NCBI RefSeq assembly: GCF_016432865.1
Contig: NC_067398.1
Coordinates: 725,834,001 to 725,898,000 of the forward strand
Reading direction: 5' to 3'
DNA length: 64,000 nucleotides
From: Antechinus flavipes
Lineage: Eukaryota
The notes under the pieces are model-generated. The model had not been told where the DNA came from. It searched no databases and saw only the letters and a list, made by a program, of their open reading frames with translations. Positions 1 to 15,058 of this stretch are shown piece by piece (the stretch's first letter is position 1; every line of letters begins with the position of its first letter). A program made the translations under genes and the position numbers.

Positions 1-1749
1 GTATAGGAAGTAGCTAAGAAACAGCAGCCGGAGAAAGGATACATGGAGATCATGTACCAGACGGCTCGGAATGGAGGAACTCGGCCGCTGGAAGGGAGGT
101 AGCTCAGCCAGCGCAGAGAGCTCCAGGTCTCATCCCGGGGGAAGTTTGCCGAGTCTGTAGGGTAGCAAGTAGAGACAGAGGCGAGAGGCCCCTCTCTTGT
201 CAGCTTCTTCCCGGAACCTGGAGCTCCCTGCAGCACCCGAGGGAAGCTGGCGCCCCCAGCTCCGTCCTCCAGCGCCCGAGCAGCTTGAAGAGACTGTCTC
301 AAGAAGAGCGCGCTCCTGCTCCTCACACGGGCCTGGGCACAGGAAGCCCCCCTCGGGGCTCGGGGCGCGGGTGAGGTCCTCCCGGGACAAAGCTGCCGCA
401 GAGATGCTGGAACAGTCCCCAGACTCAGAAATATACCGCGGAAACACAAGCGTCGGGGACTTTCCTCGCCTCCCAGGCCGTCCTCCTTTGGTACTGTTGC
501 CCTTAGAATAGACCAGGGCCCACTGACAGGCAGCAGACAAGCGTCAGAGGCCGCCACAGCGACAACAGAGCACGCTCAGCTCCCGGAGCCATCCTGCTTT
601 CTGTCCCGCGAGCCTTTTCGTGCCCTGCACGAGGGCGCGCTGGGGCCGTCCCTGTTTTGTTTTGTTTTTGTTTTTAGCAAAGACACTGAAGCGCTTCAGA
701 TTAAGCCTTGCGGGGGTCTCATAGCCAGAGCCGGAGATTCCGCCCGGGTTTTCTGTCCGCTGCAGCGCCGCCTAGTGGTCCCGCATAGCTAGCCAGCTGT
801 CACAGTGGTGCTAGGGATAGACCCACAAAATCAGCGCATCAGTGGCAGAGACGCGAACCCGCGGACAAAGCGACTGCTGCGACCCCGCGGAGCGGCCCAA
901 ACCCCCCTCGAAGGCACGGGCGGCTCCTCCAGCGTGAGGAGTTCAGCCGCATTTCACACGTGCTCCCTTAAGGCGCGGGTCAGACGCCTTCAGGTTTCCC
1001 CAGGACATCCCGTAGCCGGGGCTCTCAGCTCCCACCTGCGCTGCCCGGCAGGACCCCCAGCTTGCCCACCCCTGGCTGGCGGCCGGCAGGGCCTTCCTGC
1101 TGTGGGGATCTTTCCCTTGGAGGCTCTGGCAGCCTTGGACCGGGCTTAGTTCTTCTCCACAGGATGCAGACTAAGCCAGTCATTGCCCGAAGCAATGGGA
1201 CAGTCAATGAAGGGGGACGGTCCCTAGGTCCTGCAGTTCCTAAGGAACAGGGGCTGGCCGGGGCTTCCTTTGAGAAATGATGAAGGGCCTTTCGCGCTCT
1301 TACGCGGCTTCCATCTTTCCACCCAGATATTCCAGCCAGGTGCCCGAGCGCAGGAGTCAATCAGCGAGCATGTATTGTGCCAGGCACTGTGCTAAGCGCC
1401 GGGGACACAAGCAAGAATGAAAGGACAGAACCTGGCCGAGGGAACGAGAAGAGACGGGAAAGAGTGACCGGCGGCCCCCCGGAGGACCCCTGAATGGGCT
1501 GCGATCTGCCCTAGAGGAGAGACTTTCCATTATCCAGTTCACATGAAGGGCACATTTATTTATAACTTGCTTCCCCAAAGATACAGGTAGGGTCGCGCAG
1601 GCCCAGGACCAGGGCAGGAGCGGGGTAGGGTCTCAGCCGGGAGGAGTTCATTTCCAGTCCGTCCGCGCTGCAGAGACAAGAGAAGCAGTAGGATTCAATG
1701 CATGTGCACGCCCTCCGAGGCCAAGGACTACCTTTCCCAGAAGGGAGGG

Positions 1750-2400
1750 AGTGGAGGCTACGGGCGGGTTTCCGGCAGGTCTCCATGGCAACGGCACTTC
1801 CGCCCCTTAACTGGCATACCCATCCTAGTCCAGCCTGTCAGCCTCGGTTCTGTTTCGTCCGCAGCCGTCGCCAGGGCTCGAGCCTTCCGGGGTAAGTGGG
1901 AGCCGGGCCCGGGGCCGGAACCAAGCAGACGGGAAAACCGGGTTGGTTCCGGGCGCCCGGCACCTGTTTTCCAGACCAACAAAGAGGAAAAGTGGGCGTG
2001 GTGTGGGGGGGACTTAGAGAAGTGCCGGCCCTGAGGCAGCTGCGCCTGCGCAGTCCGGTACCTAGCACCACTTCTAGCACCGCCCTTAGCCCATCCTTCG
2101 GCGACAAAGCGTTTCCACTGGCTGATTCCTAGGCCCTAGGAGCCAATCAAAGACTTTGCTGCTTCCCCGCCCCTCCTCATGGGAGAATAGGTGTGGAGCA
2201 AAAGGAACAAAGACTAGGAGGGTCCATGGAGCAGCGACACCGCTGATTGGCTTCGATGGCCCTAGGCTGTCCAATGGGCTCGCTGGGCGAGGACGGGGAC
2301 TACAGACCTCCCCGAGGCGGCTCTGTGTGAGAGTTACTGCCCTGCTCCCCCACCTGCTGTGGCTCCCCAGTGCCTCAGGAGAGACCCGTGTCCCATAGAC
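1750..2400 (+). promoter_or_regulatory. CpG-island promoter of ZNF-A (island extends over about 1-3300)
   Basis: CpG-rich; NRF1-like TGCGCCTGCGCA 2041-2052; CCAAT boxes at 2143-2147, 2246-2250 (reverse) and 2271-2275; lies directly upstream of the ZNF-A start exon. Confidence 0.7.
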
Positions 2401-2779
2401 CGCCAGCGCCAGCGCCCTTCTCTCTGGGCATCCCACACTGCCCCCTCTTCTTCCTGCTGTGGCTCCCTGATGCCCTGTCGGACCCCAGTGCTAGCCTCCT
2501 TTTATCAGGTCATCAATCACTGTCCCCTTCCTCTACCCGCTTGGGCCCCCCAGTGCCTTAGGAGAGACCCCAGTCCCCGCTGACATCCAGGGCCAGCCCC
2601 CTCTCCCTGGGCACCTCCCATGACACGTTCCCCACACGTCCTTGGCACCCACATAGCCAGGAGGCGTATCCCGCGTTTGCCTGCGGTGCTGGGGGTGGGG
2701 GGTGGGCACATGCTACCGCCTTTGTCATGGCTCCTTTCCCTTCTCAGCTCTGCTCTGGCCCCAGAGGAGGAGGCCGGCC

Positions 2780-2803
2780 ATGGCGCCCGTGCTGCAGACC
2801 CCG
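2780..2803 (+). CDS. ZNF-A first coding exon (MAPVLQTP); exon probably 2748-2803
   Basis: Acceptor ttcccttctcAG at 2746-2747; ggccATGG start; phase-0 donor CCG|GTGAGT matches the phase-0 KRAB-A acceptor. Confidence 0.75.
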
Positions 2804-2860
2804 GTGAGTCACCGGCTGTCGTCCTGCGGCTTCCTGGAGTCTAGGACGCTGCGTGGAGCG

Positions 2861-3253
2861 CCGCCAGGGGGTGCTGTCAGAGGGTGCTGTCAGAGAACGC
2901 CACCAGGGGGCGCTGTCAGGGGCACTGCCAAGGAGGAGCTGCAGGGCAGCTGTCAGGGGGCGCTATGGGGGACACTGCCAAAGGAGCCGTGGAAAGCACT
3001 GTGGGGGTTGCCACCAGGGGGCGCCATCAGGGGGCGCTGTCAGGGGTGCTCTCCGGGAGGTTGCTGCCAGGGGGCGCTGTCAGGGGGCGCTGCCAGGGGG
3101 CGCTGTCAGAGGATGCTGTCAGGGGGTGCTCTCCGGGAGGTTGCTGCCAGGGGGCGCTGTCAGGGGGTGCTCTCCGGGAGGTTGCTGCCAGGGGGTGCCA
3201 TCAGGGGGCGCTGTCAGGGGGTGCTCTCCGGGAGGTTGCTGCCAGGGGTGCCA
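2861..3253 (+). repeat. GC-rich tandem repeat (13-bp core CAGGGGGCGCTGT) forming a CTCF-motif array
   Basis: 14 copies of AGGGGG(C/T)GC in one orientation; exact CCACCAGGGGGCGC at 2900-2913 and 3011-3024; higher-order unit of about 41 bp toward the 3' end. Confidence 0.85.
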
Positions 3254-3527
3254 TTTGAGAGCTGCCCCTCAGTCTGGTGGGTGAAGGTTTCCCTGGGTGG
3301 GGGGCACGCCGCAGGCCTGAGCTCCCAGCCCCTCCACCTTGACCAGAGGCCCTGGGGCGGCGCAGCTGCTTGGAGGGAGGCAAGGTCTGCTGTGGAGTCC
3401 CGTTTCCCAGGGAGGGCCGCAGTTCAGCGTCCTGCCTCCGGTGCCCCTTGTCCCCAGTGATGGAGCCAGCACTTGGGGGGAAGCAGAAAGATGGTCTCCA
3501 GCTCAAGACCAGCCTTTGGTGTTTTAG

Positions 3528-4045
<518 letters not shown>

Positions 4046-4339
4046 GTGAGTGAGGTGCCCTGGCAGCAGGAGGCCCCGCTTCGGGGATGGGGCACGACCC
4101 TGGCAGAATGGTCCTGCTGCTTCCCGTGAGCACCTTGTGCCTCACCGCTGTCTCTGATTTGGTTCCCCGGGGCTGAGACTGACCCCAAATCCCCGTCCTG
4201 GGTCCTCTCCTCTCAGCTGGCACTGGGGGGCTGGTGCCGTCATTGGCTCCCCGTATCCGGGCCCAGGTCCGGGCTGCCTCTGAGCTTCCGCTGACCTCCA
4301 GGCCAGCAGTCAGGTGTGGGGTGACACTTGGAGTCATTT

Positions 4340-4680
4340 TCATTTGTTTTTGTTTTAAAATAATGATTTTTCCTGTGATTGTCGGTAGTTTGGGCTTCTT
4401 CACAGTTTGCCTATTTCTTTTTTCGGGAATGCTCCTCTTCTCTTTCAGTGTTTGGTCTCCATGTTGGCTATTGGAGCTTAATCGGACTGACTTGTCAAGA
4501 TTTTCGTTTTCAGTTAACTTTTTTCTTCTCATTTTAGCTGCATTGATTTTGATTATCCCTGAGCTTTCCAGTTTCATGTAATCCAAATTGTCCATTTTAG
4601 TCTTCTCTGTTGTTTTCTATCCCTTGTTTGGTCAAAAACTCTCCTTTCCTGTCCCTCTCATTTGTCAAGAACCCATCTGG
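4340..4680 (-). mobile_element. degenerate L1 ORF2 3' fragment
   Basis: Resembles the antisense marsupial L1 ORF2 C-terminal region (gcattgattttg...tttcatgtaatccaaattgtccatttt...tttggtcaaaaactc). Confidence 0.55.
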
Positions 4681-6871
4681 AGTTGTGTTGTGTTGTGTGA
4701 ACCTTCGATTTAGATTTAATTTCTGCTAGACCGCTTCCCATTTTTTGATAACCTTTTTTGCTGGAGAGCAAACGCCACCCTGGTGGTTACGGTTTGGGGA
4801 TTTATCAGTCTGGGTGACTGTTCTTTCCTTCAACTTGTCTCTAATCAATACTAAATAAAACTGGTGATGATTATACAGTATTTTGGTTTGAGACCTAGTA
4901 TTGCTGGCCCTCTTCCCTCCTCCCTCCCAACTCCCCCCCCCCCCCAGCCTTTTTGTGGATGGCATTTCTCTTGAGATTCTTGATCTTTTATTTATCTGGA
5001 TGAATTTATTATCTTTTCAGTTGTATAAAAGCACGTTTTGACAATTTAAATAACAGGACTCTGAATAAGAAATTAATTTATGTGGTACTGTCATTTTTAA
5101 TATATTGGCAGAGCATAAAGCAATAAACATCTCTTCAGTTTTCTTTAGGTCTGCTTTTATTTTTGTAAAGACTGCTTTGTAGTCAGTAAGTCAGAAGTGT
5201 CCATACCTGCCAGACCTTGGGCTAAGTGTTGGGAAACTAAGAAAGGCAAAAGCTCTTAAGGAGCTTCCAGTCTTTGGGGGAGACAATTTTAAAAGACCTT
5301 TGCATGGATTGTGTCAGAGAGAAATAGAAAGTGATTGTGGGGATTAAGGAAGATACAGACAGACTTCTTAAGGAAGATGCGATTTTAGTTAGAATTTGTT
5401 AGAAGCCAGGGTTGCTAGGAGATGGAGGTGAGCGAGAAGATCCCAGCATGTTCTCCGAGAATGCTGAGGACGTTCAGGAGCCCAGGCTCCCTGGGTTGCA
5501 GAGTAAGGAATAAGAAGGCAGAAGTGGGGCAGATTGGGAAAGGCTCAGGGGTTTGGAGGTTCGAGGGAGCCCTGGAGATTTTTGACCCAAGATTTTGGAG
5601 ATTAAGCTTTTGAAACTGCCTTGAATCATTGCATTGATGAGAAGAGCAAAGTCTTAAGACAGATGGATGCAAAGAGAAGTGAGCAGTGGGAATACTGCAC
5701 ACAGTTAAAACAATTCTCTTTGACCATCTGGGAATGACTTACTATTTTCTGCAAGGCAATGAACCTCAAAATAGTAGAGGTTGCCTAGTGATGGTAGTGG
5801 AGGAAGAATCTGGAAGTGGCCTTGGGGAGCACATATACTTCTGATTCCCCCACCTTGACTAGTAAGTTGGAGGTACTAGAAAAAGTTGAAAGGGAAGCTA
5901 GGCCAGAGGGCCTAGGTCTCTGAGTGCCGGAAGCTGGAAACATAAGAGAAGAGGATGACAGGGGAAAGAAGTTTGCTCATTGCTGAGCAGGCAGCTTGAC
6001 ATTGAGGGCAATGGATTGAAACGGATGGGAGTAAGGGAGTTGGCAGCTGGTGATTCCAAGCTGTTTCACTGGTTAGAGGGAGGAGTGGAGAGGGAGAAAT
6101 GGTGCAAGTGTTCAAGATCTTCTGTGGAGGTCCAGTCTCAAGTGAAGCTATGACCTGGGACACCCTGGGAGGCTCAGCTCACAACCCAAAAGGGATCAGA
6201 GGAGGTAGGGAAAGCTGCCTCTGCTAGAGAAGGATTGTGTGAAGGTTGGGAAGAAGAGGCAGGAAGTAGAAGGAGTCTGAGACCCCAACAGAACTACCAA
6301 AGAAGACCTTGTCTTCCTAAATATGGCCTCCTGGTCAGAGAGGTGGTGTGACATGGTATACCAGGAAGGCTTGGGGTCAAGCTCTGCTTCTGACACATAG
6401 TATGTGGGATCCTTAGCCCCTCAGTGACATGGAAAGAGAAGAGGCCAGCCTGTACTAGTGGGAGGAATTTCCTGTGTCATCACGGAAAGTGCCCCTTTCC
6501 TCCTTCCTGGACTTATTGGTCTTCAGTTGTCCCTTCTCCCATGCTTCATTTGTGATGCCTTTAGAGTCAAGGCCACATAGTTTTCATTGGTGTTCTATTT
6601 CATTCAGATTACAGCTCTGTCTGTCTCTATATATCTATGTCTGTCTGCCTATCTATTTATGTGTCTATCTATATGTATATCTCAAAGAAAGGTCTTGTTC
6701 TTTACTCCATAACTCATATTTTCACTATAACTTTGGAAATAAATACATCCTTAATTGGTAACTCTTAAAATACATTAATGAATTGCCTGTTCTGCTAATT
6801 CATGTCACTTGCTGACTCAATTTGACTTCTGAGAAGTGATATTCTTTCATGTAAAAATTGTTAATTATTGA

Positions 6872-8980
<2,109 letters not shown>

Positions 8981-9039
8981 CCTAGAGGTTAAATGTGAGT
9001 GTAATGTATGGAAGAAGTAATAGGTGCTGGATGGAAGAG

Positions 9040-9290
9040 TCAGGTTACATAGTGGAGAGATCCCTGGACCTGGAATCAGGAAAATCTGAATTCAAATCTG
9101 GCCTCAGAACTTTCCCAGCTATCATGTGAACAACTAGGCAAGTCATTCATCTCTCTCAGCCTCAATTTTCTCATCTGTAAATGAAGATATTACCAACAAC
9201 AACCTCTCAGTATTGTGATAAGGTTCAAATGAGCTAACTCTCTGTGAAGTCCTTAACTAACCCTAAAAGCACCATGTACATGTCACTTAT
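9040..9290 (+). mobile_element. MIR-type CORE SINE
   Basis: tRNA-like head (ctgaattcaaatctggcctc) plus core ggcaagtca...cctcaattttctcatctgtaaatg...ttgtgataaggttcaaatgag. Confidence 0.75.
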
Positions 9291-9489
9291 CAGAACTACC
9301 AATAACAATAATAAATTCTTGTTGATTAATTGAATCTTGGCCTGAATTTTAATAGGACTTACTCAACCTTGAGGAATGCATGACAGTGAGAAACCCTATT
9401 AAGGTAATGATTGAGGAAAGACCTTCTTCCAGAGTTAAAGGTCAATTTGTGCTAGAGAAAAAAAAAACATTGTGATGGCCAAGGTGGAG

Positions 9490-9960
9490 ACTGGCATGGT
9501 AGCTTTGGGCTGCAAAGGGTCGGGGATCTTAGGAACACTTCTACAGCCAAGGGAAGCACCAGCAGAGCCAAGGGGATCAAGGTTTTTGGCAACAATTCTA
9601 AAGCCAAGGAAAGCACCAGCAGAACCAAGGGGAATGGAGGTGTTGGGCACAGTTCTAGAGCCAAGGGGAGCTGGAGTCTTGGGCACACTTCTACAGCCAA
9701 GGGGAGCAGGGGACTTGGGCACACTTCGGAGCCAAGGGGAGTACTAGCAGACCTGCAGGAGAGTGGAGGTCTTGGGCACACTTCTAGTGCGAAAAGGAGC
9801 TGGGGTCTTAGGCACACTTCTAGAATCAAGGAAAACACCAGCACAGCCAAGCAAAGCAGGAGTCTTGGAAACACATCTAGAGCCAAGGGGAGCGGGGGTC
9901 TTGGGCAGACTTCTAGAGCCAAGGGGAGGACCAGCAGAGCCAAGGGGAGCAGGGTTCTTG
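9490..9960 (+). repeat. 36-bp/21-bp mixed minisatellite
   Basis: Units cttctagagccaaggggagcaggggtcttgggcaca (36 bp) and gccaagggaagcaccagcaga (21 bp), both multiples of 3. Confidence 0.85.
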
Positions 9961-10301
9961 TTGCCTTGACCTCATGTTTGTCATGAAACATGAAACCCAG
10001 ATAGTCTACCAGCTCCAGGTCAGGAATCAGAACCGTTCCTATTTGAATTGTCTGAGGAATATTCTAAAATTCTCCCAGCAGAAGCTACTTGACACGGGTT
10101 CTTTCTCCAAATAAACTGCCCGGCATTCCAGCTGTCCCCCAGAGAGCACAGATCCATTGGGTGACCATGTTTTGAATGCCCAATGGATGCTTTCCAAAAA
10201 GACTATTTAAAAAAAAAAAAAAGGACGAGAACTCCCAAGATAGTCAGAAAAAGTGATACAAAGACATGCTCAAAGTCTCTCTTAAGAATTTTAGAACTCA
10301 T

Positions 10302-10570
10302 GTTTTTACCTTCTGAATTCAATTCTCCCTGTGCAACAAGAGAACTGCTCGGTTCTGCAAACATATATTGGGATATATGTATCTAGGATCTACTGCAACA
10401 TACCTAACATATATAGGACTGCTTGCCATCTAGGGGAGGGGTGGAGGGAGGGTGGGGAAAAATCGGAACAGAAGCGAGTGCAAGAGATAATGTAAAAAAA
10501 TTACCCTGGCATGGATTCTGTCAATATAAAGTTATTATAAAATAAAATAAAATATTTATAAAAAAAAAAA
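10302..10570 (+). mobile_element. 5'-truncated L1 3' tail with poly(A) and 18-bp TSD
   Basis: TSD AAGAATTTTAGAACTCAT at 10284-10301 and 10571-10588; TT|AAGA endonuclease site; tail ...taccctggcatggattctgtcaatataaag. Confidence 0.9.
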
Positions 10571-10689
10571 AAGAATTTTAGAACTCATTGGATGACACCC
10601 TGGCCCAGGACTGGCCAGCACAACATGCCCTCATCAGAAAAAGTGCTGGAATTTTAAAATTAATTTTAATTTTAAAAATTGAATATAAT

Positions 10690-12130
10690 CTTTTTGTGGG
10701 GGAAATGGACATTTAACAAAATAGAGGAGTTTCAAGCATTTGTAATGAAAAGACCAAAAGTGAATAAACATTTTGATCTCCAAGGTCAAAGACTCAAGGG
10801 AAACATAAAAATATAAACAAGAAATGAGAGAAAATACAAAAAATTCAATGAGATTAGCTTTATATTTCTGCATGGCAAGATAATATTTGTAACTCAACTT
10901 TATTATTATGATATCACTTAGAAAAAATATATGTAAACAGAGGGTTTGGAGATAAGATGACTTTGATGAGATGATACCTCCCCCCCAAAAAAAAATAAAT
11001 AAAAGGACTAGAAAGAAAATTACACTGGAAGAAAGGGGAAAATCCAATGGGGGTAAATTATCCTACCTAAAAGAGGCATGCAAGAGCTATTATAATGGAG
11101 GGGGAGATTGAAGGAGGTGATAAGCAAACCTTACTATCAACAAAGGAATAACATACACACTCAGTTGGATATAAAAATATATCTTACCCTATAAGAAAGT
11201 AAAATGGGATGGGGAATAATAAAAGTGCAAGAGAAGGGGAGGACTAAGAAAAGGGAGGATATAAAAAGGAAGGTAGTTATTAGAAGTATGAGGAGGGAAA
11301 GAGTGAGGAATAAGAGGGGAAATAAACAAGCAAAAATTGCATGAATGAAATACAGTTATCATAACTATAATTGTGAATGGGATGAACTTACCCATAAAAC
11401 AGAAGTGCATAGCAGAATGGATTAAAAACTAGAATCCTACAATATATTATTTATAAGTAGCACATTTGAAGCAGAGATGCACATAGGATAAAGGTAAGGA
11501 GCTATAGCAGAAGCTGTTATATTATACTAGAAATGTTAGCTATAGTATAAGAGAAGAAAAAAATTAAAGGAATTTGAATGGGTAACAAGAAAACAAAACT
11601 ATCATTCTCTGCAAATGACATCATGTTATACTTAGAAAATCCTAGAGAATTAACTAAGAAACTACTTGTAATTATTCACAACTTCAGCAAAATTGCAGAA
11701 AACAAAATAAATCCACATAAATCATTAGCATTTCTATATATTACCAGAAAAGATAGAAAGAGAAATTTCCCTTAAAATAACTGTGAATATAAACTACTTG
11801 GGAGTCTATCTGCCAAGATAAACCTAAGAACTATGTAAATAGAACTAAAAAACACTTTTCACATCCATAAAGTAAGATCTAAACAACTGGAAAAATATTA
11901 ACTGCTTATGAATAGGCTGAGCCAATATAATATAAAATTACAATTATACCTAAATTAATCTTTTCAGTGCTATAATAATCAAATTATCAAAATTATTTTA
12001 TAGAGCTAGAAAAATGACAAAATTCATCTGGAAGAAGAAAAGCTCAAGGATATTAAGGGAATCACTGAAACATTTTAAAGTTGATCCAGCTCTATCAGAT
12101 CTCAAATGGTATTATAAAGTGGTAATTATC
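10690..12130 (+). mobile_element. degenerate, internally deleted L1 (ORF1 end, ORF2 endonuclease start, RT segment)
   Basis: About 11360-11510 matches the EN N-terminus (IIVNGMNLPIKQKCIAEWIKN); 11578-11775 ORF KTKLSFSANDIMLYLENPRELTKKLL...KINPHKSLAFLY is the L1 RT FADD region. Confidence 0.85.
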
Positions 12131-12219
12131 AACTCCAATTATCACTTCCCACTAGCTTCTCCTCACATACAGAAGGAACCTCCTCTTCTCCCTTCTATCT
12201 CGGAGCTCCAGAATGTCAT

Positions 12220-12720
12220 CTCTCATTAGCTTCTCCTCTGATAGAGCTGATCCCTTCATCTCTCCTTCTGTTCAAGAACCCCAGTCTGTCACCTCTCCCA
12301 TTGGCTCCTCCTTTGATGGGTGGCCCCTCTCCCGATCCAGCACCCATCCTTGATCCCTCCTGTCTCCTTTAGTAGACTGCCACTTAATGATCTGACCATT
12401 CCTCAGTCTCCCTTTAACTGAGCTGTTTCCCCAAATTCTCTCCTGGGCCTTATCCTGTACTCTCCCAATCATGTAAGCCCTCAGTTCCTATTAATTTGGT
12501 TACCATTTCTGTGTAGATGAGTCTCAGAGTTCTATCTCCTCCCCCAGTCTCCCTTGAGCTTTGGTCCCAGGTCACCACTGCCTACTGGACATTTCAAAGG
12601 GGACATTTTGAGAGGCATTTCAAACTCAACATGTTCCAAATGGAAAATGATTTCTTTTTCCCCAACGAACCCCTCTTCCCAACTTTTTTTTTTCTTGTAG
12701 AAAGCATCTGTCAAAGCCTA
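12220..12720 (+). mobile_element. L2 fragment
   Basis: L2-type segment ctggacatttc...catttcaaactcaacatgttccaaa; further L2 pieces near 13130-13210, 13640-13720 and 13990-14300. Confidence 0.65.
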
Positions 12721-15058
12721 TCCCAGGCAATGGTGAGATGCTCTTGACAAAGTGCTGATGGCAGTGGGAGGTAAGATGCACCTGCCAGGTGTATCCCCAC
12801 ATCCCCAGTACTGCCCTCGACTCCTCCCTCTCCTCTCTGTCCTCCTCCCCCTAACCTCACTCCCTCCCACCCCCGGTCACCAAATCTTGCCATTTCCACA
12901 TCTCTCATATCCTTTCCATGCACACAGATACCACCTTGGTCCTGATCTTTGTCCCTTAACTCAGTTAGAAGAAGGCACAGAGCTCATTTTTCACCTGGCC
13001 TGATCTCCACAAACGGTGCCTCCTACCTCCTCAGATTCTGATCCAGCTGGCTCTAGGGCTTCACTGGGCCTCATGCCCGTAACCTTATGACCACCCCCTT
13101 TCAGCTTCTTTTGTACCATGAAAGCCCTAGGACAGTCCCTGCTCACAAGGTGGAAGGAGCTAGGACTTTCTTGGTGCCTAACACACAGCGAGCACTCAAT
13201 GTCTCTCGTTGCCTCTGCCTCCCACCTGGTCCCCTGCCTTTCTCCCCAGTCTGGTCCATCCCATACACTACAGGCAAGTACAGAACTGACCATGGGACTC
13301 CAGAGGCTTACTGTGGCATCTACAATCAAATTTAGAGTCTTCCATTTTGCTGAGAAAGCCTCCCAACCCGAGCCTCTTCTCCTTTCCCAATTCCAATACT
13401 GCAAGCTCCCCAAATTGGCCTTCTCTCTGCTCTTCACCCCTAACCCTCCACACCTTTGCCCCTCTCCGTCATAGCAAAACTCCCCCTTTTTTCTAAGCAT
13501 CATCTTTGCAGGAATTTTTTTCTGATCCCCACAACACTAGTGCCCACCCTTGTATTTAATTCCTTGTCAATCACTTGTATTTACTCCTTTCTTTGTATTT
13601 ACAAAGGCACTTCTGTACTCCTTGCAAACTTCATGTAAGCAGAGATGGGGACCTCTGTCCCCACCCCCAAGCTCAGGGCCTGACACACAGTAGGTACTTC
13701 ATAATGCTGATTTCTTGATGGCTACCTATAAACATATCCAGGTATCTTTCATTCTATTAGAAAATAAAAGGTCTGTTACTTAACTATTGGCTAAATACTC
13801 TCCCTTCTCCAGATTCTCACATCTCTGTCCTCACCCTTTTCCTGTCCACCCGACTGGCCCCTTGCTGACCAGTCGCTTGCTACAGGCCTGGCTCTGTCCT
13901 GGTCTTTCTATCCCCCAATGCTGTCTTAGTCCCATGGCTCCTAATATCCTTCCTTCGCAGACACCTCTGAGATCCTCTTTCCTGAGCTCCAGGTCTCCAT
14001 CAGCAATGGCCCGTTTGGGAGCCTGAACTCAGCATCTCATTAGCACTCCACATACCCAGGAGAATTCTATCTTGATCCCCTAACTCTCCCTAATACTGCT
14101 GTCAAGGACACTGTCATTCTTGAGGTTGGCAAGCTTGGTCTCAGACTCATTCCTCCCATCTCTCAGCTCCTCCAGCCAACACGGTGCCTGTATTTCCCCC
14201 CTGCAGCATCTCTCCAAGATGACCCTTTCTCTTCCACCCCTGCCCTGGAGCAGACCTTCATCTCCTCACCCTGGACTGTTGCAACAGCTGCTAGGGTGGG
14301 GAATAGAAGGAAGCAGAAGTCAGAAGGGCATTTCTGCCATTGGGGGAACCCTTAGGACAAAGCCACCAAAGTGAGTGAGGAGGAGGAGCAGGAAAGTTGG
14401 TGTCACAGAGTACACCACGGAGTGGCAAGTGTTAGAAGACATGGAGAGAGGGGCTGACCACCAGGTGAAGGCTTTATGAGCCACATTGAGAATCGGCTAT
14501 TTGGTCCCGGAAGTAACAGGAAGGTGGTGGAATCTATTAGGAAACAATGGATGTGGCCGGGGTATGATTTAGGGAACCCTTTTTGGCAGAGGGATGGGAG
14601 TAGAGCTAGAATTAAGGGAGATGAGAGGCAAGCCCTGAGGCCACTGACAGAGGAAGGGGATTCTGGGAGTGGAGACGAGTACTGGGTGAGAATGAAGTCC
14701 CAGAATGGGAGGTGACTGACAGGAGAGCCACCAGGCTGAAAGGATGGGGGATAGGGCAAACATGGCCAGAGAGAACAAGACCGGACCTCAGGCTGAGTCT
14801 GAGTTGTCCAGGGAGCCTTGGGCCAGAAACATCCAACAGACGCAGGAGTTGTGAGGCTGCAGACCATCGGAGACCCCTGCTAAAAAGCAAGTGTGATGAG
14901 AACATCTACCAGAAGAGGAAGAGCAGCTACCAGACCAATACTCAGAGACCACACAGCTGGTGAGGGGGGCTGACGGTGGCTTAGGAAGGAGAGAGCTGAG
15001 GGACTACTGGTGGCTCAGGAGCAGCAAATGGGCTTGGATGGTGAGGTCTTAGTGCTCC

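Noticed and set aside
2702-3460. Repetitive ORFs of 124-252 aa (GGAVRGRCQ / LSGGA types)
   Set aside because: Translations of the CTCF-like tandem repeat; open in all three frames because of GC content, and unit length (13 bp) is not a multiple of 3
10690-12130. Possible active L1
   Set aside because: EN and RT are juxtaposed by a large deletion, the FADD motif is mutated, and there are multiple stops
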